Origin: an uncultured Gammaproteobacteria bacterium
GTDB taxonomy: Bacteria > Patescibacteriota > Microgenomatia > Woykebacterales > RBG-16-39-9b
Length of the DNA stretch: 64,000 bases
Reading direction: 5' to 3'
Assembly: GCA_965231125.1 (NCBI GenBank)
Contig: OZ246414.1
Span: 448,137 to 512,136, forward strand
Shown: positions 48,298-57,243 of the stretch, piece by piece
How positions within the stretch are numbered: the stretch's first letter is position 1
How the letters are laid out: each line of letters begins with the position of its first letter
The notes under the pieces: model-generated
Database searches by the model: none
The model's input: the letters and a program-made list of their open reading frames with translations, nothing else
Told to the model about the DNA's origin: nothing
Translations under genes and position numbers: made by a program

Positions 48298-51138
48298 ATG
48301 AAGATTTTTAAAGTATACGTTGGCCCAAAAGAAGGTTCGAACTGGCAGCTTGAAAAAGATGTAGAAAACCTGGGCATAAAAGGAATTGGCCAAATAAATA
48401 AGTTTACCGTGTATTGGATTACGGGTTTAACTGAAAAAGAATTAGTAAAATTGGCGACTGGTGTGCTTCATAACGATATTACCCAACAGTATTTTCTAAA
48501 TAATATCCCGAGAGAATTAACTAAAAAAGCTGTAAAAGTTGAGACAGTATCAAACCTAGGGGTTATCGACCCTCGCGAGGACAGTTTAAAAAAAGCAGCT
48601 GCAGATTTAGGCGTAAAAACACAAGTAGGAGTAAAGTTTGGAAATCTTTATTTGTTATACGGAAAAGTTGGTAAGAAGGCTCTTGCAGTAATTAAAGAGA
48701 GGCTTTTAATGAAAAAAATAATTGAACACGAGGTTGCAGCCGGTGAAAAGACCTTTGTGAAAGTCCCGAAATACAAGTTCAAATTAGTAAAAGTTCCAAT
48801 TTTACAAGCAGGTGATAAAAAACTTATGGAACTGTCTTCTAGAGGAGGTTTGTCTTTAAACTTGGAGGAAATGAAAGCAGTTAAAAATTACTTTTATGGC
48901 TTGTCTAGGAACCCTACTGACATAGAACTCGAAACTATCGCTCAGACTTGGTCGGAACACTGTAGCCATAAAAGCCTGAAAGGTTTAGTTATTCATAACG
49001 GCAAAAGAATCGATAATCTTTTAAAATCTTTAATTATAGATCCGTCTAATAAGCTTAATAAAAAACATGTAGTTTCGGCTTTTAAGGACAATGCCGGTGG
49101 TATTGAGATTGGGGATAAGGTGGTTTGTATCAAGGTTGAAACTCATAACCATCCATCAGCAATAGAGCCAGTTGGTGGTTCCGAAACTGGGGTAGGGGGA
49201 GTTATTCGCGACATACTTGGTTTTGGGAAAGGGGCAAAGCCGATATCCAGTATAGTTTGCTTCGGAGTTGGTCCGCAAAATATCAGCTACAACGAACTTT
49301 CTAAGGGTGTTTTACATCCTAAAGCTATTCTTTCTGGTGTGGTGGCCGGGACTAAGAGTTATGGGAACCAAATGGGTATTCCAACGGATTTTTTTCAAGA
49401 CTCTTTAATAGTTCACGAAGATTACGTTGGAAATCCGCTGGTATACTGCGGTACAATCGGTGTTGCTGAAAAGTCGCAGGCTAAAAAGACTCCGCCCAAA
49501 AAAGGGGATCTGGTCTTTCTTTTAGGGGGTTTTACTGGTAGGGATGGTGTTCAAGGGGCGACTTTTTCTTCTTCTAGTCTTCATGAAAAATCAGAAAAGA
49601 TTTCTTCCCAGGCCGTCCAAATTGGTGATGCCATAATGGAAAAAAAGGTTCTTGATGCAATTTTAGAAATTGAGAATAAGCGTCTTTCTACCTGGGTAAC
49701 AGATTGTGGTGGTGGTGGTCTTTCTTCGGCTGTTGGAGAAACCGGTGCAGATATCGGCGTTAGAGTTAATTTAGAAAAAGTACCCAAAAAATATGATGGT
49801 CTGTCTTACACGGAAATTTGGATATCAGAGTCTCAAGAAAGAATGATTGTAGTTGGTAAAATTAAAAATAAAAGTAAAATTTTCGCAATTTGCGAAAGAC
49901 ATAGTGTGCCGGTCACTGTAATCGGAGAGTTCACCGGGAAGAAGAGATTGGAGCTATATTATTCTGGAAAGAAAGTTGCGGATTTAAGTATGAGTTTTCT
50001 TTATGGTGGCTGCCCAAGACTGGAAAGAAGTTCGTTTTGGAAGGAAAAATTTTTTACTCCCCAAAAGAACCTTAAAACAGATTTGTCCAGCACCTTATTA
50101 AAATTGCTAGGAAACCCCGATATTGCTTCTAAACAGGTTTTAGCACATCAATATGACTACACAGTTCAAGGCGCAACTGTCCAAGGTCCGCTAATTGGCC
50201 CAAAAGAAAATGTTCATTCAGATGTTACTATCAGGCAAATTAGTCCTTTTTCTAAGGTAGGAGTCGTGGCCTCAATTTCTGTTAATCCGCACCTGACAAA
50301 GCTTAACCCAAGGAAGATGTCACATTGGGTTATCGTTCAGTCTTTGGCAAAACTTGCAGCTTGCGGGGCGGACATAGATAAGGCGGTTCTTTTAGATAAT
50401 TTTTCTTGGGCCGCGCCGTCCAAACCGGAAGTCTTGGGTGAGCTTGTCGAATCCTTAGCCGGTTGTGAAGAGGCAATTAGAATTCTTAAAGTGCCTTTTA
50501 TATCTGGTAAGGATTCTTTAAATAACGAATATAAAGTTGGTAAAAAAGAAATTCCCATACCTGGGACTTTACTTATAACGGGAGTTGCGCCGATTAAAGA
50601 TGTTAGCAGCTTCACCGCATCCAGTTTTTCTGAGAAGGGGAATCTAGTTTGCCTCGTTGGTTCGGGAGACGGTTCTATGGGTGGGTCATATTTTAACCGC
50701 CTGCACAGTTACGCAAGTGATAAACCAGCCGAGATCGACCTTTTTTACGCCAAAGAACTGTTAACTAAAATCTCTAAGGCAACTGGATCGGGTCTTACTC
50801 AGGCTGCTCTCGCTATCGGAAAGGGAGGATTAGGAGTTGCCTTGGCGAAGATGTGTCTAGGGGGCAATTTAGGAATAAAGATAGATCTGGCAAGGTTGTC
50901 CAGAGGCAGTTTCTTGAATGATGGGCGAATCCTGTTTTCGGAATCCGGTTTACGGTTTGTTTTAGAAGTACGGGAAGAAAATTTCGCAAAGATAAAGAAA
51001 TATTTTGGAGATTTAAATTTTGAAGGAGTCGGTGAGATAACCGAAAAAGATTTTAAAATAAAATTATCAAATCAATCAATAAATCAAGACCTGGCTAGTA
51101 TTGAAGAAAGTTATAGTAAAGTTTTTAGTAAAATATGA
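48298..51138 (+). CDS. purL: FGAM synthase PurL with N-terminal PurS-like domains
   Basis: WSEHCSHK, DNAG, KVETHNHPS, DCGGGG, SESQER, SGKDS; ~150-aa N-terminal extension with GVIDP. Confidence 0.95.
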   Translation: MKIFKVYVGPKEGSNWQLEKDVENLGIKGIGQINKFTVYWITGLTEKELVKLATGVLHNDITQQYFLNNIPRELTKKAVKVETVSNLGVIDPREDSLKKAAADLGVKTQVGVKFGNLYLLYGKVGKKALAVIKERLLMKKIIEHEVAAGEKTFVKVPKYKFKLVKVPILQAGDKKLMELSSRGGLSLNLEEMKAVKNYFYGLSRNPTDIELETIAQTWSEHCSHKSLKGLVIHNGKRIDNLLKSLIIDPSNKLNKKHVVSAFKDNAGGIEIGDKVVCIKVETHNHPSAIEPVGGSETGVGGVIRDILGFGKGAKPISSIVCFGVGPQNISYNELSKGVLHPKAILSGVVAGTKSYGNQMGIPTDFFQDSLIVHEDYVGNPLVYCGTIGVAEKSQAKKTPPKKGDLVFLLGGFTGRDGVQGATFSSSSLHEKSEKISSQAVQIGDAIMEKKVLDAILEIENKRLSTWVTDCGGGGLSSAVGETGADIGVRVNLEKVPKKYDGLSYTEIWISESQERMIVVGKIKNKSKIFAICERHSVPVTVIGEFTGKKRLELYYSGKKVADLSMSFLYGGCPRLERSSFWKEKFFTPQKNLKTDLSSTLLKLLGNPDIASKQVLAHQYDYTVQGATVQGPLIGPKENVHSDVTIRQISPFSKVGVVASISVNPHLTKLNPRKMSHWVIVQSLAKLAACGADIDKAVLLDNFSWAAPSKPEVLGELVESLAGCEEAIRILKVPFISGKDSLNNEYKVGKKEIPIPGTLLITGVAPIKDVSSFTASSFSEKGNLVCLVGSGDGSMGGSYFNRLHSYASDKPAEIDLFYAKELLTKISKATGSGLTQAALAIGKGGLGVALAKMCLGGNLGIKIDLARLSRGSFLNDGRILFSESGLRFVLEVREENFAKIKKYFGDLNFEGVGEITEKDFKIKLSNQSINQDLASIEESYSKVFSKI

Positions 51139-51821
51139 AACCTAAAGCAGCGATTTTATTTACCTCGGGAACAAACTGCGATTTTGAGACATCGTTAGCC
51201 TTCGAACTTGCCGGTGGACAACCTGACTTGGTGCATATGAACGACCTTAAGAATTCGAAAAAGTTAGGGAGGTACCAGATGATTATTATACCGGGAGGTT
51301 TTTCTTACGGAGATCACCTAGGGTCCGCCACTATCTGGGCAAACGAACTGAGGAAAAATTTAGAGGAGCAGATTGCGAGATTTGTACTCTCCGGAAGGTT
51401 AATTATGGGGGTTTGTAATGGGTTTCAAGTGCTTGTAAAACTAGGTATTCTCCCTAATACTGGAAAGGATTTTACAATCGAATCTAGCTTGACGGATAAT
51501 TCATCCGGAAAGTTTGAAAGTCGGTTAGTGAGACTTAAAATAAACCAAAACTCTCCTTGCATGTTTACCAAGGGTATCGATATTATTCAAATGCCAGTGG
51601 CCCACGGTGAAGGAAATTTTGTTCCGAAAGATCTAACAGTCTTTAGTAATATAATTCAAGGGGGACAAATTGCGTTGCAATACGTAGACGATCAAGGATT
51701 GCCGACCGGCACCTACCCAGAAAACCCTAATGGCTCGTTCGCCGCTATTGCTGGTATTTGTGACACAACAGGTAGAGTTTTTGGATTAATGCCGCACGCT
51801 GGCTTACGAGCACCCAGATAG
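51135..51821 (+). CDS. purQ: FGAM synthase glutaminase PurQ, C-terminus replaced after MPH
   Basis: GTNCD, PGGFSYGD, GVCNGFQ, AHGEG, NPNGS, GLMPH; the expected PE is missing. Confidence 0.9.
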   Translation: MKPKAAILFTSGTNCDFETSLAFELAGGQPDLVHMNDLKNSKKLGRYQMIIIPGGFSYGDHLGSATIWANELRKNLEEQIARFVLSGRLIMGVCNGFQVLVKLGILPNTGKDFTIESSLTDNSSGKFESRLVRLKINQNSPCMFTKGIDIIQMPVAHGEGNFVPKDLTVFSNIIQGGQIALQYVDDQGLPTGTYPENPNGSFAAIAGICDTTGRVFGLMPHAGLRAPR

Positions 51822-52088
51822 GCTAGCGCAAATATTGCAACGTCTATGTCCAAAAAATTGTTAAAGGAAAGCTCTTTGCCTTGGATTTTCTTGAATTTTT
51901 GAATTGCAAGAGAGTCTTTTGAATTTTCATTTTGGTAAAAGCTTGCTTTCTGGTGAGGATTTTCACCGTATCTTAACTTTGTTTCTTGAGAGAATTTTAA
52001 ATTTAAAGTCTCAACTTTGGCTTTGTTTTCGAGAAATTCTGCAATCGCACCGTCATATTTTTCCATCAGTTTAAACACTTTCGCCGCT
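51793..52088 (-). repeat. 296-bp inverted copy of purH 43637-43932
   Basis: The reverse complement matches purH; the minus-strand ORF reproduces AAKVFKLMEK...GARKPAC. Confidence 0.93.
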
Positions 52089-52877
52089 GAAAAACACGAC
52101 ACAATTGGGGTTGATTTAGTCGCGATGTGCACTAACGATCTAGTACGTTATGGGGTTCGTCCTCTTACATTTTCCTTATACCGGGCTACAAGTAAAATAG
52201 ACAGAAAAATTTTTCAGCAAGTAGTAAAAGGAGTGGTTAAGGGATGTAAGGAGTCTTCCTGCGTTTATATCTCCGGCGAAACAGCCGAGATGCCGGGATT
52301 TTACAAAAAAGATGAGTACGACCTTGCCGGTTTTGCGACCGGTGTGTTTGACCAGGGGAAGCTTATATCCGGGAAGAAAGTACGGGCAGGGGACAAAATA
52401 GTTGGTATAGCGTCAAACGGCCTTCACAGTAATGGGTTCTCGTTAGTTAGAAAAGTTTTCCCACCTCTTAAAATAAGAAAAGATAAGACTCTACTAAAAG
52501 AAATTCTTAAACCGACTCGTATATACGTAAGGACCGTGTTGAGTTTAATGACAAAGTTTGACATTCACGCTGCTGCTCATATAACTGGCGGTGGAGTTTT
52601 TGGAAAGCTGAGTAAAGTCGTTCCGGATGCTCTGACTGCTTCGTTGGAGAGAGACTCCTGGAGTCTGCCCAGTATCTTTAAACTGATTCAAGAGAAAGCC
52701 AATGTCTCGGAGAAAGAAATGTTTTCTACGTTTAACATGGGGTTGGGTATGGTTTTAATTGTTCCTAGAGACCAAGCAATTAAAGTTAGGCAGTTTCTGG
52801 AGAAAAATGGAGAAGCCGCTTTCTTAATTGGCGAAGTTAGGGGTGGTGCCGGCAAAGAAAAGGTAAAGTTAATTTAA
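52089..52877 (+). pseudogene. purM: AIR synthase PurM lacking its N-terminus as assembled
   Basis: KHDTIGVDLVAMCTND, GETAEMPG, SNGLHSNGFS, HITGGG, TFNMG; the N-terminal DGVGTK region is absent (ORF track 52017..52877). Confidence 0.88.
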
Positions 52878-52916
52878 TCCTTGCTCGGTAGATACCACTT
52901 TGCTAAACTGTCCTAC

Positions 52917-54194
52917 ATGAGTCTCGATCTTTTAAAAATAAGTGCTAATACAATTGCCCAAATTATTTCCCGGGCGACCTCTACAGCCTCAACTTTAATA
53001 ATTACTCTTTTAATAACCCACACACTTACTAAAGCTGACTTAGGTATTTTCATTACAATAACTTCTTACGTTGCTTTGTTTTATGTAATAGCGGATTTTG
53101 GTTTAAACGGAGTTTTAATTCGCGAAGCTGCGGGTGATGAGAGGAAAATATCAGACTATTTTGCCAGTTTAGTATCTCTCAGATTGATTCTCTCGATTAT
53201 TACCGTGTTCATTGCTTTGTCAGTCCTTGGTTTTACACACCATTCGGCTTTTATTAAACTAGGGATAATTATCTCCACAGTTAGTATAGTTACCACCTCA
53301 GTTTTTAATACGAGTTTAGCTATCTTTCAAGCCAAATTAAGATATGACCAAGCCGCAATCGCAGATATATTAGGCAGCATCATGACTCTTGCATCCGCCT
53401 ACCTTTTTATAATCTCACATTTTAGTATAATCTTTGTCGTCGTTGCCTACTTGTTAGGTGGTGCAACAAGAGCTTTAGTCTCTCTTTTTCTTGTTGGCTC
53501 GCAAACAACTGGTACGTTTGTCAAGTTCAACACTAATCTTTGGGGACAGATGTTGCTTATTGCTTTACCAATAGGCGCAACTTTAATTTTCAGCGAATTT
53601 GTCGCTAATATCGATAAGCAAATTGTCTATTTGGCAAACTATCAAGCTAAATTACACCTAAATAATGAAGTTGCGGCCGGTGTTTATGGCCTTGCTTACA
53701 ACGTCTTCGGATTCGGTATAATTCTTCCGGCTTTTTTTGTAAACTCAGTGTACCCACTTTTAATAAGGGATAAGAATGAAAACCTTCCTTTACTCAGAAA
53801 CAACTTTTTTAAATATTCTAAAATGTTAGCTTTTGCGGGTGTTTTAATTACTGTTTTGGTTTTGATATTAAGCCCCCAAATAATTGGTTTGTTTGGAAGT
53901 TATAATCAGTCGATTGGTACTCTTAGGATTTTAAGTCTTGGCTACGTATTCTTTTATATAACACCACTTCTTATGTGGACTGTTATTAGTTTGAATAAGG
54001 AAAAGCTTCTTCCTTTCGTTTATGGTTTTGCGGCTGTCTTTAATCTTGCTACTAATATATATTTTGTTCCAAGATTCGGTTTCAATTCTGCTGCAGTTAT
54101 TACAGTTATCACCGAAGCTTTAATTTTTGTTCTACTTTTTGTAATTATGACCCCATTTTTTAAGTTCAAAGGTGAGGAAAATGCGTCTAGTTAA
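52917..54194 (+). CDS. Wzx-like polysaccharide flippase
   Basis: Many TM helices, ADFGL, ID, GVYGLAY, P.FGF.SAA; ATG 52917. Confidence 0.85.
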   Translation: MSLDLLKISANTIAQIISRATSTASTLIITLLITHTLTKADLGIFITITSYVALFYVIADFGLNGVLIREAAGDERKISDYFASLVSLRLILSIITVFIALSVLGFTHHSAFIKLGIIISTVSIVTTSVFNTSLAIFQAKLRYDQAAIADILGSIMTLASAYLFIISHFSIIFVVVAYLLGGATRALVSLFLVGSQTTGTFVKFNTNLWGQMLLIALPIGATLIFSEFVANIDKQIVYLANYQAKLHLNNEVAAGVYGLAYNVFGFGIILPAFFVNSVYPLLIRDKNENLPLLRNNFFKYSKMLAFAGVLITVLVLILSPQIIGLFGSYNQSIGTLRILSLGYVFFYITPLLMWTVISLNKEKLLPFVYGFAAVFNLATNIYFVPRFGFNSAAVITVITEALIFVLLFVIMTPFFKFKGEENASS

Positions 54195-55452
54195 ATCCCT
54201 TACGTTTATAACAATTGTCTTTTTACCGACATATGTAATTAGATGTAAAAATTTTTCTTCGTGCCCGTCACCAGTCCCCACAACCTTGTTAGAAATTCTT
54301 ATTTTAACTTCATTTTTTAGTTGGTTCTTTTGGGAATTATATTTAGTAAGATCCGGAAAGGACACATTTTCTAATCTTTTGGATCGTCTAAAAAGTCCGT
54401 TAGATCTACCGCTTATTATTTTTTTGATAGTTGCAACCTTAGCTTTGTTTGCAACACCTGATATTAGGGGAGGTTTGGGTTTTTGGAAAGCTTATTTTGT
54501 TGAAGGAAGCTTAGTTTATGTTGTTGTGACGGATATATCGGTTCGTCAACAGAGTTTCATTTGGGCTCTGCAAGGAATTTTAATCTCTGGGGCCTTAGTT
54601 TCAATTTTCTCCATTTTAAACTTTATTTCTCTAGCGGTACATTTAGGTTTAGCTGGTTTAATAGATACTAGGGTACCTAGCGTTTACGCCTTTGCCAACG
54701 CCGTGCCTTTGTATCTTGGACCAATAATAGGTTTGGCCATTGGACTCGCTTTTTATAAATCTAACGAGCAAAAGAAAAAGGAACTTTTTTATCTGTCTAT
54801 AGTTAGCCTGATTTTAATGATTATTGCGGTGCTACTGAGTCAATCAAAAGGAGGCATCGTTGGTATTTTTTCCGTTTTGGTTGTTTGGGTTGGTTACTTG
54901 ACTTACAAATCTTTGTCAAACAGATTTAAAGTGTATTTTAAGCGTGCTACAGTGCTTTTAGTAATTTTTTACTTTCTGGCTAGCCTTTTAGTTTTCTTAA
55001 ATATTAATGGTTTAGTTCCGGAAAAAAGATTTCCTAGCAACAGCCTTTTGAATCGATACTGTATTTGGCAGGGGGCACGAAATATAATTTCGGACCATCC
55101 ATTAACCGGCACGGGTTTGGGCGGTTTTAGTGTTTATTACGAAAAATATCAAAAAACTGAAGCTAAAACATGTCCAAAAAGTAATTATTTTTATCCTCAC
55201 AATATTCTTCTAACTTTTTGGTCCGAGCTGGGGGCACTGGGTTTACTTGCTTTTCTTTGGCTATCGTTTAATTATATAAAGATAAATTCGGAGGGGAAAA
55301 ATAAATTACTCTCGGTAGGGTTTTTAGCTGCACTAGTTTATATTTTTATTCACGGCTTAGTTGACGTCCCGTTTTTCAAGAACGATCTTAGTGTCCAGTT
55401 TTGGCTGCTCGCTAGTTTTGTTACTCTAAACAGTAAAGTTAAGGAGGTGTAG
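54181..55452 (+). CDS. O-antigen ligase/polymerase family protein
   Basis: PTYVIR, SQSKGG, R..IW, HPLTGTGLGGF, YPHNILL, HGLVD. Confidence 0.85.
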   Translation: MRLVKSLTFITIVFLPTYVIRCKNFSSCPSPVPTTLLEILILTSFFSWFFWELYLVRSGKDTFSNLLDRLKSPLDLPLIIFLIVATLALFATPDIRGGLGFWKAYFVEGSLVYVVVTDISVRQQSFIWALQGILISGALVSIFSILNFISLAVHLGLAGLIDTRVPSVYAFANAVPLYLGPIIGLAIGLAFYKSNEQKKKELFYLSIVSLILMIIAVLLSQSKGGIVGIFSVLVVWVGYLTYKSLSNRFKVYFKRATVLLVIFYFLASLLVFLNINGLVPEKRFPSNSLLNRYCIWQGARNIISDHPLTGTGLGGFSVYYEKYQKTEAKTCPKSNYFYPHNILLTFWSELGALGLLAFLWLSFNYIKINSEGKNKLLSVGFLAALVYIFIHGLVDVPFFKNDLSVQFWLLASFVTLNSKVKEV

Positions 55453-56200
55453 GGGAGTTGTCTTGATTTGAGCCAGATATCACCACACTAATTACAGCTT
55501 TCTTGACATTACCTGCTTTATCAGTCGCTTTTATCTCAAGTTTAGATGTGTTCTTGTTAACCGGGTAGTTGAATTTAAAATGTCCGTTTGGGTTAATAAT
55601 AACTTGCAGATTGTTTATAAAAACGATGGTGTCCTCTTCGGTTGCACCCGCAACAACAATGGAAGTTGTACCCACCGAGAAAACCTGCCCATCTTGAGGT
55701 CGAGTTATTTCTAACGATGGCGCTGTATTATCATAAGTTATGTTTGTAGTCTCTTCAAGTTTATTACCGTAAGTATCCAAAACAAAAACTTTAATTAAAT
55801 TTACTCCTTTTTTAAGTAGTACGTCTTTGAATGTAAAATCTCCGTTTTCGGAAGACTGGCTTTTAAGCACCTCGTTTGGACTTACCAATGTTACTTCCTG
55901 ATTGGGTGAGGTGGAGCCTGACACAGTTATTTTTTCTGAGTTCGTAAAATCTGGAAGAGTATTGATTGAGGGTTTTTCTATTGGAAGGTTTAGAGTCTGC
56001 TGCTGTTGGTCAGATTGTTCTGGTTTAGCCACAAAACCAAGTAGGTTTATGAAACTAGTACCCCAAAACCATAAAACAGCTAAAATTACCGCCGTAGCGA
56101 CAGCTATCATTAATACTCGGCGGCTGGGTAGGTTTTCTTCATCTTTCGCTGATCTTAGATATGTATAATGTGGAACTACGCCACGGGCTCTTTTTTTCAT
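55439..56200 (-). CDS. Membrane-anchored protein with Ig-like domains
   Basis: TM helix then beta-rich repeats (LKKGVNLI, DNTAPSL, ATDKAGN). Start moved to MKKRAR at 56200 because the longer ORF overlaps tRNA-Thr. Confidence 0.8.
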   Translation of the reverse strand: MKKRARGVVPHYTYLRSAKDEENLPSRRVLMIAVATAVILAVLWFWGTSFINLLGFVAKPEQSDQQQQTLNLPIEKPSINTLPDFTNSEKITVSGSTSPNQEVTLVSPNEVLKSQSSENGDFTFKDVLLKKGVNLIKVFVLDTYGNKLEETTNITYDNTAPSLEITRPQDGQVFSVGTTSIVVAGATEEDTIVFINNLQVIINPNGHFKFNYPVNKNTSKLEIKATDKAGNVKKAVISVVISGSNQDNSPTPP

Positions 56201-56205
56201 ATTCC

Positions 56206-56280
56206 TGGAGCCGATGAGAGGAGTCGAACCTCCAACCTCTCCCTTACGAAGGGAATGCTCTCCCATTGAGCTACATCGGC
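56206..56280 (-). tRNA. tRNA-Thr(CGT)
   Basis: GCCGATG...CATCGGC-TCCA; anticodon loop TT CGT AA; GGTTCGA. Confidence 0.95.
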
Positions 56281-56336
56281 GCTTCTATATTATAGACTAT
56301 TTAGTAAAAATTTGTGATAATTTCTAAACTTTCATC

Positions 56337-56411
56337 TGGAGCACCTGAGGGGATTCGGACCCCTGGTCTCCTCCTTGGGAAGGAGGCGTGTTGCCGCTAC
56401 ACCACAGGTGC
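56337..56411 (-). tRNA. tRNA-Gly(CCC)
   Basis: GCACCTG...CAGGTGC-TCCA; loop TT CCC AA; T-loop reads TCCGAAT. Confidence 0.92.
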
Positions 56412-56456
56412 AACTCGCATTTATTTTAACAAGGAAGCTTTTATAAATCCAGAAGT

Positions 56457-56987
56457 TTATGGGATGTTTAAAACTTGACCGGTTGTGATTAGAGGGTTAC
56501 CGTTTGGAAGCTTGCCTATTTTTCCAAAGTTAGCGTCTCGTATTTTTGTCCAAGAAGAGCCTTTACCGTAAAACTTTAGTGAAATTCCCCACAAAGTATC
56601 GCCTTTTGCGACAGTATATTTTCCATTTGGTGCAATTTTTGGCAAGGAGAGTTTTTGTCCGGGAAAAATAACATTTGGATTTTTTAAGTCATTAGCTGTT
56701 GCTATCGAAGTCCAGCGATACCCATTTTTGTAATTTTTGACGGCAATTTTCCATAGAAAGTCACCCTTTTTTACAGTGTACATTTTAGGAAATTTACCTG
56801 GTTTAACAACCCCCTCTTGTTTACCCTTCTCCTTAACTTTGTTAGTTTGCTGGGATTGATGAGTTACACCTTCTGTTACTTTCCCGGCTTCTTTTCTGCC
56901 AAATATGAAGAAAGCGCCGATGAGAATTAAGACGATTACTATTATGACTATTATAGCTGGCGACCGATTTTTAAAAAGATTTCCCAC
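56457..56987 (-). CDS. Membrane-anchored double LysM protein
   Basis: TM helix; YTVKKGDFLWKIA and YTVAKGDTLWGIS repeats; SD AAGGAGG before GTG. Confidence 0.9.
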   Translation of the reverse strand: MGNLFKNRSPAIIVIIVIVLILIGAFFIFGRKEAGKVTEGVTHQSQQTNKVKEKGKQEGVVKPGKFPKMYTVKKGDFLWKIAVKNYKNGYRWTSIATANDLKNPNVIFPGQKLSLPKIAPNGKYTVAKGDTLWGISLKFYGKGSSWTKIRDANFGKIGKLPNGNPLITTGQVLNIP

Positions 56988-57099
56988 TAAACCTCCTTAG
57001 TTGGTAAATATAGCTGCGGCAGAAAAGCGAATGGGCGGTTTTCGAAGGACGTTATTTATTAGATTATCAGGAAAATTTTAGCTAGTCAAGGGGTATTTA

Positions 57100-57175
57100 T
57101 GGCGGGTCCGACCGGACTCGAACCGGCGATCTCCTCTTCGACAGAGAGGCATGTTAACCGCTACACCACGGACCC
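57100..57175 (-). tRNA. tRNA-Asp(GTC)
   Basis: GGGTCCG...CGGACCC-GCCA; loop CT GTC GA; GGTTCGA. Confidence 0.95.
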
Positions 57176-57243
57176 ACTAGGAGCACGTACTCTACCAAAT
57201 TTCTCCCGCCTAGTCAATGTTAGTAATGATATAATTAAAAAAG

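Noticed and set aside
51713-52132. 139-aa minus-strand ORF resembling PurH
   Set aside because: By-product of the inverted purH copy, flanked by antisense purQ/purM sequence.
56201-56266. N-terminal extension of ORF 55439..56266
   Set aside because: It reads through tRNA-Thr; the start is better placed at 56200.
56988-57095. c-di-AMP or c-di-GMP riboswitch upstream of the LysM gene
   Set aside because: A leader is present but no recognisable consensus or convincing stems by eye; needs cmscan.
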